Assembly: GCA_016180645.1 (NCBI GenBank) | Contig: JACPAV010000049.1 | Coordinates: forward strand, 1-40,269 | Source of the DNA: Nitrospirota bacterium | GTDB taxonomy: Bacteria > JACPQY01 | Length of the DNA: 40,269 nt | Direction of reading: 5' to 3' | Shown: positions 37,114-40,269 of the stretch, piece by piece | How positions within the stretch are numbered: the stretch's first letter is position 1 | How the letters are laid out: each line of letters starts with the position of its first letter | Program-made: the position numbers and the translations under genes | Notes under the pieces: model-generated | The model's database searches: none | Told to the model about the DNA's origin: nothing | The model's input: only the letters and a program-made list of their open reading frames with translations

Positions 37114-38411
37114 CGGCCCTGGGCGACGCCCGACCCAAGATTTTCGCGGCCTTGTCCATCAAGCATGCCCCACTGATCCGACGTTTGAGTGCAACGGCCG
37201 ACATCCACTTGCCTACCATTCTGAGCTCAGCCATGGGCATCGGCGGAAGCGATTCCATTCGTCCCCTTTCCGATTTCAGAATTACACAACCTCCTGCATC
37301 CACCGATTTCGATGTGGCCGCCCGAATCCTCTCGAACGAGCTATCTTTCGGACTCTCCGAACGGTTCGGGAGAATGGTTTCCGTTCCGCTCGACGGGGCC
37401 GCCCTTTCCGCGGAATGGTGGCCGATCTACGAGGGAGCGGAAATCTTCGTCCGATGGGCGGAGGCGGTCGGGCCTCACCGGTTGCTGCTCGTGGAAAACG
37501 ATGTCACCCCCGTCACCTTCGCCTGCATCATCATGGCGCGAAGCATGGGCATCCCCTCCGTAACCCTCCAACACGGCGTGACCATCACGCGCAATCTCCA
37601 TCAAGCGCTCCATGCCGACCACGCCTGCGTCTACGGACCGGCCGGCGCGGAGTGGTATGAACGCGGCGGCGTTTCCGCCGATCGCCTCCACGTAACCGGC
37701 AATCCGGCTTTCGATGATCACTTCGTCCTCGCCGGCCACGCCAACCGTGCCACGGTTCGACAAAGCCTCGGCCTCGATCCGACGCGGCCGCTCGTCACCA
37801 TAGTCACCACGTGGGGCAATCCCTTCTCGTGGCGCAATCACACTCTCGATCTCATAGAAGTCTACACGCGCCTGCTGGACGATCTCGCCTCCCTCTCCTC
37901 CACGATCCCGTTCACCCTGTTCGTCAAGCGCCACCCGACGAGCGGCATGGCGTCCGCCTGGTGGGAGGATCAGTGCAGGGGGCGACGGATCGCCACCGCC
38001 GAGAGTCCGACTCTGCAAGGAACATCCCCTGCGGAGTATGGCCCGCTCCTCCTGGCCAGCGATCTTGTCGTCGGGTTCCAGTCCACGGTCCTTCTCGAAA
38101 GCGCCTTCTACGGCACGCCCACGGTCTCGCTTAATATCTTTCGATCCTTGGAGCCTTGGGAGAGATTGGCCGTCTGGGAAACTCGGAATCTGGAAGGATC
38201 GCGTGAAACACTTTTTGAAGCTCTGCGGCTCTCGTTCGGGAGCCGAACCGCGCTCGCTCCCCGCATCCGCGCCATCCTCGATCGAAGACATCCCTTCGTC
38301 GACGGGCGCAGTGGGGAGCGAGTCTGCCCGCTGCTCCAGGACATCGCCCGGAGACCAGCCCTGACCCCGCGCTTGACGCCCCATGAAAGCACCACTCACC
38401 TTGCCGGCTGA
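37110..38411 (+). CDS. Surface polysaccharide biosynthesis protein, GT-B fold (capsule synthesis/glycerophosphotransferase-like)
   Basis: LQHG, VTGNPAFD, VKRHP, DLVVGFQSTVLLESAFYGTPTV and DGRSGERV. Confidence 0.75.
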   Translation: MTALGDARPKIFAALSIKHAPLIRRLSATADIHLPTILSSAMGIGGSDSIRPLSDFRITQPPASTDFDVAARILSNELSFGLSERFGRMVSVPLDGAALSAEWWPIYEGAEIFVRWAEAVGPHRLLLVENDVTPVTFACIIMARSMGIPSVTLQHGVTITRNLHQALHADHACVYGPAGAEWYERGGVSADRLHVTGNPAFDDHFVLAGHANRATVRQSLGLDPTRPLVTIVTTWGNPFSWRNHTLDLIEVYTRLLDDLASLSSTIPFTLFVKRHPTSGMASAWWEDQCRGRRIATAESPTLQGTSPAEYGPLLLASDLVVGFQSTVLLESAFYGTPTVSLNIFRSLEPWERLAVWETRNLEGSRETLFEALRLSFGSRTALAPRIRAILDRRHPFVDGRSGERVCPLLQDIARRPALTPRLTPHESTTHLAG

Positions 38412-38436
38412 GAGATCGGGACGCTCGTCACCGCGC

Positions 38437-38967
38437 ATGGCTTCGCGCGGCTATGTGCCTCCCGCGATTCTCCTGCGGATCGCCACCGGGCGGGACCTGC
38501 GCCCCTTGTGGCGCATCCGGAACGAACAGACGGCGCGCTATGCCTCCTTCAACCAATCCTACATACCGCTCAAGCAGCACGCCGCGTGGATGGAACGCAA
38601 GCTCGCCGAGGGACGCACCGTCATGTTCACCGTCTCCCGGCCCCACCGGGGCATCATCGGATACGTGCGATTCGAGCCGATCCGCGGGGCCAGGGATTCC
38701 TGGAAGATCAGCCTCGCTCTGGCGCCGTCGGAACGAGGTCGGGGGCTCGGCGTCCTCGCCATTCAATACGGTTGCCGGCTCCTCCACGCGATGGCCCGGC
38801 CCAGGCGGATCGTGGCCTACATCCCCAAAGAAAACTGGGTTTCTTTTCGGGCCTTCCAAAAGGCCCGGTTCCGGCTCCGGGGATCTTCCATCCAAAACGG
38901 ACGGCGACACTGGCGACTCATTCACACGTTTGGCGGCTCGGCCCGCTCCATTGAGATGCTGAATTGA
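38437..38967 (+). CDS. GNAT N-acetyltransferase (PseH-like)
   Basis: LWRIRN...SFNQ..I....H..W, IGYVRF, ISLALAPSERGRGLG and EN..S..AF.KA.F. Alternative start at 38383. Confidence 0.8.
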   Translation: MASRGYVPPAILLRIATGRDLRPLWRIRNEQTARYASFNQSYIPLKQHAAWMERKLAEGRTVMFTVSRPHRGIIGYVRFEPIRGARDSWKISLALAPSERGRGLGVLAIQYGCRLLHAMARPRRIVAYIPKENWVSFRAFQKARFRLRGSSIQNGRRHWRLIHTFGGSARSIEMLN

Positions 38968-39965
38968 AGCCCCCCCCCCGGACTTACTCCGCGGCGGTCG
39001 TCGGCGGAACGTGGATCGGCGTGCTCGCGGAGGTCGACCGGCGCCGCATCCCACCCTCCACCCACGCCGGCGCCTACGCCACCCATCCGCGCATCCGCTT
39101 CGCCGGAGTGGTGGAGAACGAACCGGCTCGGGTGCGGGAAATCCGGGCCCTCTATCCCACCCTGCCCGTCTTTCGCACGCCCGAGGCGTTGTTCAAGGAG
39201 GGAGTCCCCGACCTCGTTTCCGTGGCCACGCCCCCCGCAGCACGTGCACGGGTGATTCGAGGCTTGGTACAAGCGGGTGTGAAGACGATCCTGAGCGAAG
39301 TTCCATTCGCCGAAAGCATGCCGGAAGCGAGGAAAGTCGTCACCGCATCCGAACGTTCGGGGGCGTTGCTCCTGGCCAACCACTTGCGCCGATGCAATCC
39401 TCTTGTCCGCAAGGTCCGGCAACGAATTCGCGCAGGGGAAATCGGCGAGATTGTGCAGATCGGTTTTCTCTACACAGGCGGTCTCCGGTCGTGGGGATCG
39501 CACGGACTCGATCTCATCGTCCACCTCATAGGAACACCGAAACGGGTCCACGCCGGGAAAAGCCATACGGACTCCGGGCATACGGGCGATCCCAATGTGG
39601 ATGGGTGGCTGGAGTTCCGCAACGGCGTGAAGGCGGCACTGCTGACAACCCATTTCCGCGACCATCGATCATTTGAGCTGGATTTGATCGGTCGCCGTGG
39701 TCGGATCCGCTTGACCGATCTCGGCTTTCGGGCAGAGTTCTTCGGCCTCGGACAGAGCAAACGATTCTCCCAGCCGGAACTGGAGCTGAAATCGAGGGAG
39801 ATTTCCACCGACAGCACGTTCCTGCCTGTTGTGGATCACATCGTCAAGTGTCTCAATGGCGTTGAAAAGCCTCTCTTGGGAGCAAGCGAGGCGCTCCGCG
39901 TTGCCGAAGTCATCGAGGCGATGGAACGGAGCATGAAACGCGGGGGAGCGGCAGTGCAGGTATGA
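38964..39965 (+). CDS. Gfo/Idh/MocA family oxidoreductase
   Basis: AAVVGG.WIG, THAGAY, DLVSVATP, NHLRR and GSHGLDL. TTGA coupling. The usual EKP motif reads EVP. Confidence 0.85.
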   Translation: MKPPPRTYSAAVVGGTWIGVLAEVDRRRIPPSTHAGAYATHPRIRFAGVVENEPARVREIRALYPTLPVFRTPEALFKEGVPDLVSVATPPAARARVIRGLVQAGVKTILSEVPFAESMPEARKVVTASERSGALLLANHLRRCNPLVRKVRQRIRAGEIGEIVQIGFLYTGGLRSWGSHGLDLIVHLIGTPKRVHAGKSHTDSGHTGDPNVDGWLEFRNGVKAALLTTHFRDHRSFELDLIGRRGRIRLTDLGFRAEFFGLGQSKRFSQPELELKSREISTDSTFLPVVDHIVKCLNGVEKPLLGASEALRVAEVIEAMERSMKRGGAAVQV

Positions 39966-40269
39966 ATGTGATCGCTCTCGTCCAAGCGCGCATGGGTTCG
40001 GGGCGATTGCCGGGCAAAGTCCTCACGCCCATCCTCGGGGTCCCGCTGCTCGGGCGGCTCCTCGATCGTTTGCGCCGGGCTCGTCTGGTCGACCAATTGG
40101 CGGTGGCGACCGGAGAAGCCCCCGAAAACGAAGCCATTAGGCGGTTTGGGGAGACGTATGGAGTTCCTGTACACGTGGGCAGCGAAGCGGATGTTCTACG
40201 TCGCTTCACATCGGCCTTGGACCGGTGGCCGGCCGACGGCGTGGTCCGGGTGACGGCCGATTGCCCCTT
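39962..40269 (+). CDS. SpsF-like cytidylyltransferase (nonulosonate activation), 3'-truncated by the window edge
   Basis: Translated by hand: MNVIALVQARMGSGRLPGKVL...GSEADVLRRF...VVRVTADCP. ATGA coupling. It is not in the supplied ORF track. Confidence 0.9.
   Translation, partial: MNVIALVQARMGSGRLPGKVLTPILGVPLLGRLLDRLRRARLVDQLAVATGEAPENEAIRRFGETYGVPVHVGSEADVLRRFTSALDRWPADGVVRVTADCP

Noticed and set aside
31215-38438. Long antisense ORFs 31215..32801, 33806..34684 and 37341..38438
   Set aside because: They lie antisense to well-supported genes and have no independent motifs.

Overview
A 40.3 kb window from a GC-rich diderm bacterium (kdsA implies LPS; the taxon cannot be fixed from the sequence). 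(1) 1-2024 looks like the end of an integrative element: short orphan ORFs and tandem arm-type repeats, ending at a tRNA-Leu(CAA) gene broken 2 nt after the anticodon loop. Three 71-bp hairpin units lie upstream of that tRNA in exact register with its 5' end. (2) 2.5-20.4 kb is a cell-surface cluster: an SH3-like protein and four large Cys-rich predicted lipoproteins (FN3 + FG-GAP, two paralogous Ig-like proteins, and Ig + NHL), with an atypical SDR gene in the middle. (3) 20.4-36.8 kb is housekeeping and DNA repair: a DHH phosphoesterase, a DUF3467-like gene, alr with an internal deletion, kdsA, a CDF transporter, a NUDIX hydrolase, tRNA-Gln, a DinG/YoaA helicase, rmuC, addB and addA. A single methyltransferase gene sits between two near-identical 55-bp palindromes, like a gene cassette. 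(4) 36.8 kb to the end is the start of a surface-glycan (nonulosonate-type) locus. The best novelty candidates are the palindrome-bounded cassette, the split tRNA with its phased hairpin array, and the lipoprotein cluster with poly-G tracts. All family calls come from motif recognition by eye; no database search was run.
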